Shown one piece after another: positions 28,141-38,214 of a DNA stretch of 64,000 nt (position 1 is its first letter; each line of letters starts with the position of its first letter). The stretch lies in NCBI RefSeq assembly GCF_044324785.1, contig NZ_CP172127.1; one strand, 5' to 3'. The position numbers and the translations under genes are program-made. This DNA comes from Escherichia coli. Its GTDB lineage: Bacteria; Pseudomonadota; Gammaproteobacteria; Enterobacterales; Enterobacteriaceae. A model generated the notes under the pieces. That model searched no databases, had not been told where the DNA came from, and saw only the letters and a program-made list of their open reading frames with translations.

Positions 28141-28882
28141 TGCGGAACGCAGCCCGCAGTCCCGGGCGCCCCGTCAGCATGGTCTGCTGTACAATCTGGT
28201 GTGGGGCTGGCCGTGGGCACTGGTGGGGCTGATTTTATCCTCCCTGCTGCTGAGTCTGTTGATTGAGTATGCCGGTATGACGTTTTTCTGGAGTGAGGAG
28301 GGGGCGGCGCACAGCCGCGCTGTCATGAACACGGAGCTGGGCTGGCTGTCAACGGAGTTCACCCGCAGTCTGCTGCTTTCCGCGCCGGCAGAAACGGTGC
28401 CGGCGTGGATTTCCGCCGCGTATCAGTGGCTGTTTGTGGACAGTGGCATGCAGACATGGCTGCATGCACAGCAGGCGGGGACGGCGGCAGGCAGAAGCGT
28501 GTCTGAATTCAGCAGTGAGCTGAGTCAGTGGCTGGCTTATCATCTTCATGACTACCTGCTGGCGACGGTGTATGTGACGGTGGTGACGATGGTCAGGGTG
28601 GTTATTCTCGTCCTGTCCGTTCCGTTGTTTGTGATGGTGGTTCTGGTGGCCGTTGTGGAGGGGCTGGGGCGCCGTGATTTGCGGCGTTACGGCGCGGCTT
28701 ATGAGTCCAGCTTTGTCTATCATCATGCAAAAAAATCAGTCAGACCGGCGATTTATGTCCCCTGCATTATTTACCTTTCCTGGCCCGGCGCGGTATATCC
28801 GAACCTGCTGATATGGCCGGCGGCCATGCTGCTGGGACTGGCGGTTACCGTGACTGTGGCATCGTTCAAAAAATATCTCTGA
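28121..28882 (+). CDS. ICE integral membrane protein
   Basis: SD AAGGAGG before ATG 28121; multiple TM helices. Confidence 0.65.
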   Translation: MAEARRDAERSPQSRAPRQHGLLYNLVWGWPWALVGLILSSLLLSLLIEYAGMTFFWSEEGAAHSRAVMNTELGWLSTEFTRSLLLSAPAETVPAWISAAYQWLFVDSGMQTWLHAQQAGTAAGRSVSEFSSELSQWLAYHLHDYLLATVYVTVVTMVRVVILVLSVPLFVMVVLVAVVEGLGRRDLRRYGAAYESSFVYHHAKKSVRPAIYVPCIIYLSWPGAVYPNLLIWPAAMLLGLAVTVTVASFKKYL

Positions 28883-28965
28883 TTCATGCGCCGGACACCC
28901 CGGTGCAAAACGTGTTTTGTGGCGGGGTGTCGGCAGACAAGCCACGTACTGACTGTCACAGCGCG

Positions 28966-29157
28966 TCAGCGTAAGAGCACCGGCAGCAAGGGAATGACAA
29001 CAATGGTGATGACGATGATGAGCAGGTTGATGCCCCTGATGACGTCATATAACCAGACAGGGCACTGTGGCTCTTCCCTGACGATATATAACACAACAAA
29101 AAACCAGGTAAGACTGAACAGGGCCCGGTACGGAAGGGCGGTGAGGAGAAATTCCAT
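28966..29157 (-). CDS. Small hydrophobic protein (63 aa), antisense within T4SS block
   Basis: Strong SD AGAGGAAA 7 nt before ATG; two predicted TM helices; sits in a 0.5-kb gap with no plus-strand gene. Confidence 0.4.
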   Translation of the reverse strand: MEFLLTALPYRALFSLTWFFVVLYIVREEPQCPVWLYDVIRGINLLIIVITIVVIPLLPVLLR

Positions 29158-29400
29158 GCTGATGTTTCCTCTTTACGGGGGGTCATTAGCGGGAAACTGT
29201 AGTGATGACCTGTTTCAGTAAACAGAAAAAATCATTAAAGATGGAATAAAATTGCGCCCCGGCGCGGGGATATGTTCCGGCATTCAGCCATGTCCGTTTT
29301 CCCTTAAAAATTTTCAGTTTTACAAATAGAGTTTATCGCTGACCGGCACACCTGCCTTCTTCATGCTGTACGCACCCACAGATTCTTAACGGAGGTGCGT

Positions 29401-29742
29401 ATGTTTTCTCTTCCCGCATTTCCCCGGCGTGCCGCTGCCCTGGCAGGTACTACCGGGATGATGCTTCTTGCCATTGTGGCTGTGCCGGTTCAGGCCGCCG
29501 AAAAGGATGAGCTGGCAACGGCCATGCGCCAGCTTGACCAGGTACGGGCGGCGCTTGACCGTGCCAGAACGGCATCCCTTCAGGCCACGCCTCATGACGG
29601 GCGTTATTTCTTCGACTACCCGCGCGCACAGGCTGACATTCAGACCATGCAGGCGGGTATTGACCGTTATCTCACGCCGTCCCGTGCCCAGCCCCGAAAC
29701 GGCAGTGCCGTGACCGGTGAATACCGGCGGGAGCGTCCCTGA
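29401..29742 (+). CDS. RAQPRD-family ICE protein (secreted)
   Basis: Signal peptide; motif SRAQPRN near C-terminus; SD GGAGG before ATG 29401. Confidence 0.7.
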   Translation: MFSLPAFPRRAAALAGTTGMMLLAIVAVPVQAAEKDELATAMRQLDQVRAALDRARTASLQATPHDGRYFFDYPRAQADIQTMQAGIDRYLTPSRAQPRNGSAVTGEYRRERP

Positions 29743-29984
29743 TGGCGCTGACGTCGGCACAGATCACGGCCTTTAAGGTGGCATCCGGTGATGTGGATCT
29801 GAATGTGGTGCATCTGACATCGGTGGGAATGCTGGTTGCCGTTCTCTTTCTCTGGGCCGCCTGGGGACTGTCGGATGCATGGTCCGGGTGGCGTAACGGT
29901 GACGTCAGGGAATCTGCGTTTATCTGGTTTACCGTCCGTACCGCACTGCTGCTTGTCAGCAGTATCTGGATGTTTGCGGGCTGA
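29742..29984 (+). CDS. Small T4SS membrane protein
   Basis: 80 aa, two TM helices. Confidence 0.65.
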   Translation: MALTSAQITAFKVASGDVDLNVVHLTSVGMLVAVLFLWAAWGLSDAWSGWRNGDVRESAFIWFTVRTALLLVSSIWMFAG

Positions 29985-30011
29985 TTTTCCGTTTTCTTTA
30001 AGGAGACATAT

Positions 30012-30377
30012 ATGTTTAAAAACGCTTTTACTTTCCGTCACCTGCGTCTGGCGGGAATGGGGCTGATTGCTTTTCTGCTGGGCAGTCTGACCCCGGCACT
30101 GGCCGATTTGCCCAAAATTGAGCCGCCATCATCCGGTGGGGGTGGTGGTTTTTTTAATCAACTCAAAGGCTATATCCAGGATGGCATTGTGCTGTTTGGT
30201 CTGGTAGTTGCAGCGGCGGCCTTTGTGAAGGTGGCGGAGGCTGCCGTTACCACTTTTTCTGAGGTGCGTGACGGCAAGACGGGCTGGGGACAGTTCGGGG
30301 CCATTATCGTGGTCGGGGTGGTGCTGCTGGTTGCGGTTATCTGGCTGCTCGGCAAATCCGCGAACATCATCCTGTAA
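30012..30377 (+). CDS. Pilin-like T4SS membrane protein
   Basis: Signal sequence, Gly-rich segment, two hydrophobic helices; SD TAAGGAG. Confidence 0.65.
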   Translation: MFKNAFTFRHLRLAGMGLIAFLLGSLTPALADLPKIEPPSSGGGGGFFNQLKGYIQDGIVLFGLVVAAAAFVKVAEAAVTTFSEVRDGKTGWGQFGAIIVVGVVLLVAVIWLLGKSANIIL

Positions 30378-30396
30378 TCCACCAGGAGGGCTGTTT

Positions 30397-30762
30397 ATGG
30401 AAACCATTCGTTTTCTGCCCGATCGTCTGAATGCCGAACCGACGGTGTTCCGGGGATTCACCACGCCAGAGCTGGGTCTGGCCGCACTGAGCGGTGTCTT
30501 TCTCGGTCTTCTCTGGACACTGCCACTGATACCGCTGTTCGGCTGGGTGATTATTCCCACCGGTGCCCTGCTCACTCCACTGCTTCTGGTCTGGACCGGC
30601 GGCGTGTGGATCACCCGGCTGAAACGGGGCAAACCGGATAACTGGCTCTGGCAGCGTATTGAAGAGAAAAAAGCGGCGCTGGGTGTGGGGCGCCCTGCAT
30701 TTATCAGGGAAGCACAGGGCTGGTCCCTGCGTCGTTCCCGCGTCAGGGGAGGAAAAGGATGA
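30397..30762 (+). CDS. T4SS membrane protein
   Basis: SD AGGAGGG before ATG 30397; two TM helices. Confidence 0.65.
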   Translation: METIRFLPDRLNAEPTVFRGFTTPELGLAALSGVFLGLLWTLPLIPLFGWVIIPTGALLTPLLLVWTGGVWITRLKRGKPDNWLWQRIEEKKAALGVGRPAFIREAQGWSLRRSRVRGGKG

Positions 30763-31406
30763 GTCGTTTTCGTCATGCCCTGCAGGATCGTGACCAGCAT
30801 ATTCTGACGCTTCGTGTGTTCAGTGGTGTGCTGGCGGGGCTGCTTCTGATGGTCACCCTCGGCTGGATGTCTGCACCTGACCGGCTGACCATCCATAATC
30901 CACCTGATTTACGTTCCGGCAGTACCCGTCCGTGGTGGGAGGTTCCGCCTTCCACTGTCTATTCCTTTGCGTATTACATTTTCCAGCAACTGAATGCCTG
31001 GCCGAAAAACGGTGAGGTGGATTATCCGGCAAAAATTCATGCCCTGTCGGCCTATCTGACACCGTCGTGCCGGGAAATCCTTGAAACGGATGCACGACGC
31101 CGTAAGGACGCGGGGGAACTGCTGGATCGTGTTCGTGTGGTGTATGAGATCCCTGAGCACGGTTACGGCGGACGTTACAACCGTAATCCGGTCACGGTGG
31201 AAGGCCGGGACAACTGGCAGGTTCGTCTCGACCTGGTGGTGGATGAGTATTTTCATGCTGAGCCGGTCAAACGGGCGCTGGTCCGCTATCCGATGAAGGT
31301 GGTGCGTATGGAGGGCGATCCGGAACTTAATCCGTTTGCTCTGGCGCTGGACTGTTACAGCTCCACGCCGCAGCGTCTGGAAGCCGTGAAGGGAGGTGGT
31401 GAATGA
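30759..31406 (+). CDS. T4SS protein (membrane-anchored)
   Basis: N-terminal TM helix; coupled overlaps with neighbours. Confidence 0.65.
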   Translation: MSRFRHALQDRDQHILTLRVFSGVLAGLLLMVTLGWMSAPDRLTIHNPPDLRSGSTRPWWEVPPSTVYSFAYYIFQQLNAWPKNGEVDYPAKIHALSAYLTPSCREILETDARRRKDAGELLDRVRVVYEIPEHGYGGRYNRNPVTVEGRDNWQVRLDLVVDEYFHAEPVKRALVRYPMKVVRMEGDPELNPFALALDCYSSTPQRLEAVKGGGE

Positions 31407-32323
31407 GAACCTGTGTACTGCGCAACCTGCTGCGTCCTGCCGCTGTGATGTTGTCGCTGTCAGTGATGTCCCTGACGGCGCAGGCAGATGAACTGATGAA
31501 GTGGGAGCGTATTCCGCTGGATGTCCCGCTGATGGTGGGGCAGGAGCGGGTCATTTTTGCCGATAAAAACGTGAGGGTGGGCTTTCCGCCGGCACTGAAC
31601 GGCAGGCTGCGGGTGCAGAGCACCGGCGGTGCCGTTTACCTGAAAGCGGACAGCGCGTTTCCGAAAACGCGGATCCAGCTGCAGGATGTGGAAAGCGGGG
31701 AGATGATCCTGCTGGATGTGACGGCCGCAGAAAAGGGGCCCACTGAGCCTGTCCGGATTGTGTATGACGGGGAGGTGAACACGGTGAGCCGTGCCGGCGG
31801 CAGCGCTCCGGAGAGCGCGAAGGCGGGCAGCAGTGACGGACGTCCCGGGAAAGTCGGTGCGGATGACGGCACGCAGGCCCGCCGGACCGCCCCCCGTTAT
31901 GACGAGCCCTTGCCGGTTCTGCTGACCCGGTATGCGGCACAGTCCCTGTATGCTCCGCTGCGCACCCTTGAACCGGTTGCGGGGATCAGACCGGTGGTGC
32001 CACCTCTTCCCCGGCAAATCACCACGCTTTACCCGTCTGAACCCCTGACGGTATCCCCGGTGGCGGCATGGTCCGCCGGCGGACGAACCGTGGTGGCCCT
32101 GAAACTCACCAGTACGGTGAGCCGGCGTATTGTGCTTGATCCGCGAGCCCTGCAGGGCCGTTTTGTGGCGGCCACCTTCCAGCACCGCTGGCTGGGTGCT
32201 GCCGGGACACCGGAAGACACCACAATGCTGTATGTGGTGACGGCAGGCCGCCCGGAGAAGGCCTTTGTGGCAGAGCCTGTGGCACCGAGCAGGACGGGCG
32301 GGGAGGTGAAACATGCAGATTAA
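31403..32323 (+). CDS. T4SS protein with signal peptide (VirB9/TraK-like role by position)
   Basis: Signal peptide ...SLTAQA; conserved block position. Confidence 0.65.
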   Translation: MRTCVLRNLLRPAAVMLSLSVMSLTAQADELMKWERIPLDVPLMVGQERVIFADKNVRVGFPPALNGRLRVQSTGGAVYLKADSAFPKTRIQLQDVESGEMILLDVTAAEKGPTEPVRIVYDGEVNTVSRAGGSAPESAKAGSSDGRPGKVGADDGTQARRTAPRYDEPLPVLLTRYAAQSLYAPLRTLEPVAGIRPVVPPLPRQITTLYPSEPLTVSPVAAWSAGGRTVVALKLTSTVSRRIVLDPRALQGRFVAATFQHRWLGAAGTPEDTTMLYVVTAGRPEKAFVAEPVAPSRTGGEVKHAD

Positions 32324-33791
32324 GTCCAATACCCTGGTGAAATTTGTGGTACCTGCTGTGGTACTGGCGGGGCTGGTGATCACGATGAAAAGCTGCAGCA
32401 CACCGGAGAGCGGGAGTGAGAGTACAGCACAGAGCGGTGCGCTGGCCGGATTATCGTCAGAAGAGCTGCGTGCGCTGGGCGTGGAAGGGGACACGCCGGA
32501 GGATACCCTGCGGACCCTGGTTGCCCGCCTGAACCAGGTCAGGGATAACCAGAAAACGCTGGAGAGCCAGAATGCGCAGTTGCTGAAGGACAACGAACAG
32601 CTGCGTCGCCGGGGGACGGATGTGTCCGGCCAGGTCAGTGAAGCCGTGGCGGGAATGCAGAAAACCTACGATCAGAAGCAGCGTGAACTGCAGGAGCAGC
32701 AGCGCTCCCTGATGTCGCAGATTGATGTGCTGCGGGGGCAACTGAGTGACCAGCTGACGGGAAGTCACACGAAGCTCAGCGATATTCCTGACGGGCTGGG
32801 ACTGGATTCAGGCAGTGGTGCCGGGTCGTTGATCTCGCAGGGGGCGGACGGGCTGATGTGGGTGAGTCCGGCCGATCAGTCACAGGATGATCCGCTGAGC
32901 AGCGGCGGAAAGAGCGGTCCGCGTTTTCCGACCTCCTTCCTTGAAGATAACCCCCTGACCCGGCAGAAAGCAGCCTATGAGCAGCAGGTGAAGGGGTACA
33001 GCAATGAGCAGCAGGCGGCCACCACGCAGGCCGTGTACACCCTGCCGGAGAACTCAACCCTGACGGGCAGCCGTGCCATGACGGCCCTGCTGGGCAGGGT
33101 GCCGGTAAACGGCACGGTGACCGATCCGTATCCGTTCAAGATCCTCGTGGGGCGCGATAACCTCACGGCAAACGGCATTGAACTGCCGGATGTGGAGGGG
33201 GCTGTGGTGTCAGGGACGGCCAGCGGTGACTGGACGCTTTCCTGTGTGCGCGGACAGGTGAACAGCATCACCTTTGTGTTTGCTGACGGCACGGTACGCA
33301 CGCTGCCACAGGCGGATGTGAACGGTACCACCAACAGCAATCAGCAGGCGAAAAACGGGAATAACGCAGGCGGGATTGGCTGGATTTCGGATGAGGATGG
33401 GATCCCGTGTATCAGCGGCACCCGTAAATCCAATGCGTCAACCTACCTGCCGACGATATTCGGGCTGGCCGCAGCCGGCGCGGCCGGGGATGCCCTGAGT
33501 GAGGGGCAGTACACCTCGCAGAACAATGTCAACGGTATCACCTCGACGCTGACCGGCAGTGCCGGTGAAGCGGCGCTGGGTAAGGCCCTTTCCGGCGGGA
33601 TGAATGAGACCGCGGACTGGGTAAGACAGCGTTACGGGCAGACCTTTGATGCCATTTATGTGCCGCCGGGAAAAACGCTGGCCGTTCACATTACCCGTCA
33701 GCTGGCGATTGATTATGAAGAGCGTGGACGTCGTGTGCGTTATGACTTCACCCTGCCGGGAGAAGCGGGCGACCGGGGCGGCCTTGACTGA
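32313..33791 (+). CDS. T4SS protein (VirB10/TraB-like role by position)
   Basis: N-terminal TM helix, coiled-coil, Gly-rich C-terminal domain. Confidence 0.65.
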   Translation: MQIKSNTLVKFVVPAVVLAGLVITMKSCSTPESGSESTAQSGALAGLSSEELRALGVEGDTPEDTLRTLVARLNQVRDNQKTLESQNAQLLKDNEQLRRRGTDVSGQVSEAVAGMQKTYDQKQRELQEQQRSLMSQIDVLRGQLSDQLTGSHTKLSDIPDGLGLDSGSGAGSLISQGADGLMWVSPADQSQDDPLSSGGKSGPRFPTSFLEDNPLTRQKAAYEQQVKGYSNEQQAATTQAVYTLPENSTLTGSRAMTALLGRVPVNGTVTDPYPFKILVGRDNLTANGIELPDVEGAVVSGTASGDWTLSCVRGQVNSITFVFADGTVRTLPQADVNGTTNSNQQAKNGNNAGGIGWISDEDGIPCISGTRKSNASTYLPTIFGLAAAGAAGDALSEGQYTSQNNVNGITSTLTGSAGEAALGKALSGGMNETADWVRQRYGQTFDAIYVPPGKTLAVHITRQLAIDYEERGRRVRYDFTLPGEAGDRGGLD

Positions 33792-33808
33792 ACAGGGAGA
33801 ATGAGTCC

Positions 33809-34213
33809 GTGAAACGATTACTGTTCGTGATGAGTGTGGCACTGGTGCTGTCGGGCTGTGCCACCTCTAAAGAAGAGCTGCTGCCTGCCGGAGAGCAGAC
33901 GATGCTGGAGCTCTGGCAGGGTAAAACCGCAGGTGGCGGTCAGCGGCATGCGCTGGCCGCCCGGGAAACGTTGCGCCGTCCCCTTACGGTAACGGAGCAG
34001 CAGGGGATGAACGCGGAGGCGTACAGCTACAGCCGGACGCAGGAAAGCGAAATCAGCCAGCAGTTTCCGCGTCTGCCGAATCCCGACATGGTGATGTATG
34101 TGTTTCCGCATCTGGCCGGCGGTACGTCGCCGGTTCCGGGCTACAGCACGGTATTTCCTTTTTACAGCAGGACGCAGTATGCGCTGCCAGGTGAGCGTAC
34201 GGAGGCTCTGTAA
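33809..34213 (+). CDS. Conjugal transfer lipoprotein
   Basis: GTG start; lipobox VLSGC. Confidence 0.65.
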   Translation: MKRLLFVMSVALVLSGCATSKEELLPAGEQTMLELWQGKTAGGGQRHALAARETLRRPLTVTEQQGMNAEAYSYSRTQESEISQQFPRLPNPDMVMYVFPHLAGGTSPVPGYSTVFPFYSRTQYALPGERTEAL

Positions 34214-37062
34214 TGACATTCTCGCTTTTCAGACGCCGTGAGGAAAAAGGTACAGCAGAGACCAGGGAACGACCGGAAGCAGAAGCGGGGGCATCTTCAT
34301 CGGCCTTTGTTCCGCCCTGTCCTCCGGGGGCACAGCCCCTGCGACGTCCGGGACAGATGACCCGTGATGCTGAGGCGGCGGTTTATCATGCCGGTCCGTC
34401 GGTTATTGATTTTCTGCCATGGGTGGAATATCTGGATGAGGAGCAGTGTCTGCTGCTTGACGACGGGGTGTCGGTGGGAGCGGTCTATTCGGTGACGCCG
34501 GCCGCAACGGAAGGGCGTACGGAAGAGCGCCTGGCGCAAATCAGGGACATGGTGGAGGATGCCCTCCAGGACAGTTTTGATGAGTACGACACGCATCCCT
34601 GGGTGGTGCAGTTCTACTGTCAGGATGAAAATGATGTGGATGCGTACCTGGACTATCTGAAGGGGTATGTGAAACCCCACGCGCAGGGAACGGCATTCAC
34701 GGAGGCCTGGCTGGGTGAAATGGCCCGCCATCTCAGGGGGATTGCCCGTCCTGAGGGACTGTTTACGGACACCCTGGTCACCGGTCAGCCCTGGCGGGGA
34801 CAGCAGCGACGAACCCGGATGGTGGTTTACCGTCGTATCGGGAAGAACAATAACGATCCGATGTCGCCGGTGGCGATGCTGAACCAGGTCTGCGACCGCG
34901 TGGTGTCCGCACTGGGTGGAGCCGGTATCCGCTGTACCCGGATGAACGGTCAGCAGGTGCACAGCTGGCTGCTGCGGTTATTTAATCCGGCACCGGACTG
35001 GATTGCCCGTGAAGAGCTGTACCGGATGGCCTCACGGGTTGATCCGCGTGAGCGTGGTGATGATGTGATGCCGGTGATGACGGATTTTGCCGAGAGCCTG
35101 TGGTTTAACCCGCCGTATTCCGATCCGGAGAACGGGGTGTGGTGGCTGGACGCCATGCCGCACTGTGCCGTGGTGGTGGAAAAGCTGCGTACGCCGCCGG
35201 AGCCGGGGACCATCACCGGAGAGATGCCCCGTGGGGAAAAAACGGTGAATGCGCTGATGGACACCTTTCCGGAGGGAACGGTGATGTGCATGACCATCGT
35301 GGTGCAGCCCCAGGACACCCTGGAGGACCGTTTCACCCGGCTGTCGAAAAATGCGGTGGGTGAGAACACGGAATCCATCCGGGCGCGTCAGGACGTGAAG
35401 GTGGTGAAGGAGCTGCTGGGGAACCGGCACAAGCTGTACCGGGCAGGGCTCACCTTTCTTCTGCGGGCAGAGGATATGGACAGCCTGAAACGCCGGCGTG
35501 TGGAGCTGACCACGGTGCTTCTGGGGGCTGGTCTGCAGCCGGTGCGGCCTGAGTTTGACGTGGGGCCGCTGAACAGCTGGCTGCGGGCGCTGCCGATGTG
35601 TTTTGATCCGGATACGGACAAAAAGCAGTGGTACACGCGTCTGATGTGGGTACAGCACATGGCAGGATTGTTGCCGGTGACCGGCCGGGATACGGGGACC
35701 GGACATCCGGGGTTCAGTTTTTTTAACCGGGGTGGTGATGTGCTGACTTTCGATCCGCTGAACAAGCTGGACCGTACCCAGAACGCGCATCTGCTGCTGT
35801 TCGGACCAACGGGGGCCGGTAAATCGGCCACGCTGTGTGCTTCACTGTCGCAGGTGATGGCAGTACACCGTCCCCGCCTGTTCATTGCCGAAGCGGGGAA
35901 CTCGTTTGGTCTGCTGGCCGATTATTTTGAGAGTCTCGGGCTGTCGGTGAACAAAATCAGCGTCAGACCGGGAACCGGTGTGACCCTGCCGCCGTTTGCA
36001 GATGCGCATAAACTGGTTGAGGAAGGGCAGGATCTGCAGTGCGTGGATGAGCACTCACTGCCTGATATTGAGGATGAAGCCGGGGATGAAGGGGAGGATA
36101 AACGAGACATTCTGGGCGAGATGGAAATCTCAGCCAGGATGATGATCACCGGGGGGGACCCGAAAGAAGAGGCCGCGCTGAAGCGTGCGGACAGGGCGAT
36201 GATCCGCGAGGCGCTGCTGATGGCCACACACCGGACATACCGTGAGGGGCGGCAGATGCTGCCGGAGGATTTGCAGTCCGCCCTGTGGGAGATCTCCCGT
36301 GACAGCAGCCGTAACGATGTGCGCAATGCAAAGGCGGCGGAGATGGCGGAGTCTCTGGGGATGTTCACCCAGAAGGGGAGTTTTGAGGCGGAGTTGTTCA
36401 ACCGCGAGGGCGAACTGTGGCCGGAAGCGGATGTGACGCTGATTGACCTGGGGCATCTGGCCCGTGAGGGGTATGAGGCACAGATGGCGCTGACCATGGT
36501 GTCGATGACCAACATGATCAATAACATTGCCGAACGTGATCAGTATCTGGGGCGTGACATCGTGTTTGCGGTGGATGAGGCGCATATCGTGACGGTCAAT
36601 CCGCTGCTTTCGCCGTACATGACGAAGGTTGTGAAGATGTGGCGTAAGCTGGGAGCGTGGCTGTGGCTGGCGACACAGAACCTGAAGGATTATCCGGATG
36701 TGTCGGAGAAGATGCTGAATATGGCGGAATGGTGGGTGTGTCTGACGATGCCACCGGAGGAAGTGAACAACATTGCACGCTTTAAATCACTGACGGAGGA
36801 GCAGAAAGCGGTGCTGATGTCGGCGAGTAAGCTGTCCGGCTGTTATACCGAAGGCGTGGTGCTGGCGAAGCAGATTGAGGCGCTGTTCCGTGCGGTGCCG
36901 CCAAGTCTCTATCTGGCGCTGGGCATGACGGAGAAGGAGGAGAAGGCTGAGCGGCGTATGCTGATGAAGGAACACCAGTGCAGCGAACTGGAGGCTGCGT
37001 TCCATGTGGCGCGTAAGCTGGACAGGCTGCGTGGTCTGTCGTCCATGGAGGCGGAGGTATGA
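34213..37062 (+). CDS. Conjugative transfer ATPase (VirB4/TraC-like, GI-type)
   Basis: 949 aa; Walker A GPTGAGKS; Walker B region VFAVDEAH. Confidence 0.85.
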   Translation: MTFSLFRRREEKGTAETRERPEAEAGASSSAFVPPCPPGAQPLRRPGQMTRDAEAAVYHAGPSVIDFLPWVEYLDEEQCLLLDDGVSVGAVYSVTPAATEGRTEERLAQIRDMVEDALQDSFDEYDTHPWVVQFYCQDENDVDAYLDYLKGYVKPHAQGTAFTEAWLGEMARHLRGIARPEGLFTDTLVTGQPWRGQQRRTRMVVYRRIGKNNNDPMSPVAMLNQVCDRVVSALGGAGIRCTRMNGQQVHSWLLRLFNPAPDWIAREELYRMASRVDPRERGDDVMPVMTDFAESLWFNPPYSDPENGVWWLDAMPHCAVVVEKLRTPPEPGTITGEMPRGEKTVNALMDTFPEGTVMCMTIVVQPQDTLEDRFTRLSKNAVGENTESIRARQDVKVVKELLGNRHKLYRAGLTFLLRAEDMDSLKRRRVELTTVLLGAGLQPVRPEFDVGPLNSWLRALPMCFDPDTDKKQWYTRLMWVQHMAGLLPVTGRDTGTGHPGFSFFNRGGDVLTFDPLNKLDRTQNAHLLLFGPTGAGKSATLCASLSQVMAVHRPRLFIAEAGNSFGLLADYFESLGLSVNKISVRPGTGVTLPPFADAHKLVEEGQDLQCVDEHSLPDIEDEAGDEGEDKRDILGEMEISARMMITGGDPKEEAALKRADRAMIREALLMATHRTYREGRQMLPEDLQSALWEISRDSSRNDVRNAKAAEMAESLGMFTQKGSFEAELFNREGELWPEADVTLIDLGHLAREGYEAQMALTMVSMTNMINNIAERDQYLGRDIVFAVDEAHIVTVNPLLSPYMTKVVKMWRKLGAWLWLATQNLKDYPDVSEKMLNMAEWWVCLTMPPEEVNNIARFKSLTEEQKAVLMSASKLSGCYTEGVVLAKQIEALFRAVPPSLYLALGMTEKEEKAERRMLMKEHQCSELEAAFHVARKLDRLRGLSSMEAEV

Positions 37063-37445
37063 TGTGTCTGAAATACCCGAAACCGGAGGTGATGACAGAG
37101 GTCATGCCCGGGGGCAGCGTGTTTTTTCTGCCGCCGCAGGGAAAACCGGGTGTTGCGGATCTGGCGCAACCGCATCTGCAGCGCCTGCGGTCACAGCTTG
37201 AACGCAGGCTGGGTACGCTGCATCGTGTGGTGTGTCAGCCCCAGCGGGTGGGGCAGAGCAGCAGTGTGGCCGTGACAGCAGAAGGGGCGTGTGGCGAGGT
37301 GCATCTTCTGCTGACAGTAGGGGGGCATGAGAGCTGGCCCTCTGAAGAGGAATACCGGCATCCGCGCTGGTATATCCAGGTGGTGGATGCGGCCGATCTG
37401 TTCTACCTGCTGCTCTGGCTGTGTGATGGCGGGCAGGAAGCCTGA
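37059..37445 (+). CDS. Hypothetical protein in T4SS block
   Basis: 128-aa ORF coupled to ATPase gene. Confidence 0.5.
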   Translation: MMCLKYPKPEVMTEVMPGGSVFFLPPQGKPGVADLAQPHLQRLRSQLERRLGTLHRVVCQPQRVGQSSSVAVTAEGACGEVHLLLTVGGHESWPSEEEYRHPRWYIQVVDAADLFYLLLWLCDGGQEA

Positions 37446-37818
37446 AAAAACTGCCGCTACTGGCAACTGTGTCGTGGTGGCATGTTACTGGCAGGTGGTT
37501 TACGGAGTATGGGCCCAATTCTGGCCTGCCGGAACATGCCCTTATAACCTTTAACACAGCGGTTACATAAAAAACAATGTCTTTTATGCACAGCAGTATT
37601 ATGGCTGAAAGTGAAATAAAAGCGCGATATTATACTGCTTCGCGTCCGGTTGTCATTATCATGGATAGTGCGTTATGTTTATAAAGGCGTGACGGACGCT
37701 TAATTCTCACGCAACGCACCCCTCTTAAATTTTCAGTTTCCGGTTTTGAATTTATTGCTGCTATTGGTGCTGCTTATGCGCACGCTGTAAGTCGGATATT
37801 GTCTGACGGAGGCGTACA

Positions 37819-38214
37819 ATGTACCGGATTTTCTGTTCCCTGTTTTTCCTGCCGCTGGCAGCGTCTGCTGGCACAACAATTTATACCGATTCTCAGCACC
37901 TCCCCGTTAATACTCCCGATGGTGTCAGGGTGGTTCTGCTGGATGCACCGGAGCAGCTTCAGAACCGCTTTTTTGGCTCGTTGCCTGCTGATGCGGATAA
38001 GGCTGAAGCGCTGGTCAGGGCACGTATGCAGTCTCCCGAATGGCAGATGATGCAGGCGGAACTGGCTGCTCATTACCGCGATGTGGCACATGCCTGGTCG
38101 CTGGGCGTGAAGAAATATCCTGCCGTGGTGTTTGATGACAGTGAGGTGGTTTACGGCACCACTGATGTGGTGGTGGCCGGGAAACTCCGTACTGAGGGAG
38201 GAGTGCAGCCATGA
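37819..38214 (+). CDS. Secreted T4SS protein
   Basis: Signal peptide FFLPLAASAG; SD GGAGG. Confidence 0.65.
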   Translation: MYRIFCSLFFLPLAASAGTTIYTDSQHLPVNTPDGVRVVLLDAPEQLQNRFFGSLPADADKAEALVRARMQSPEWQMMQAELAAHYRDVAHAWSLGVKKYPAVVFDDSEVVYGTTDVVVAGKLRTEGGVQP

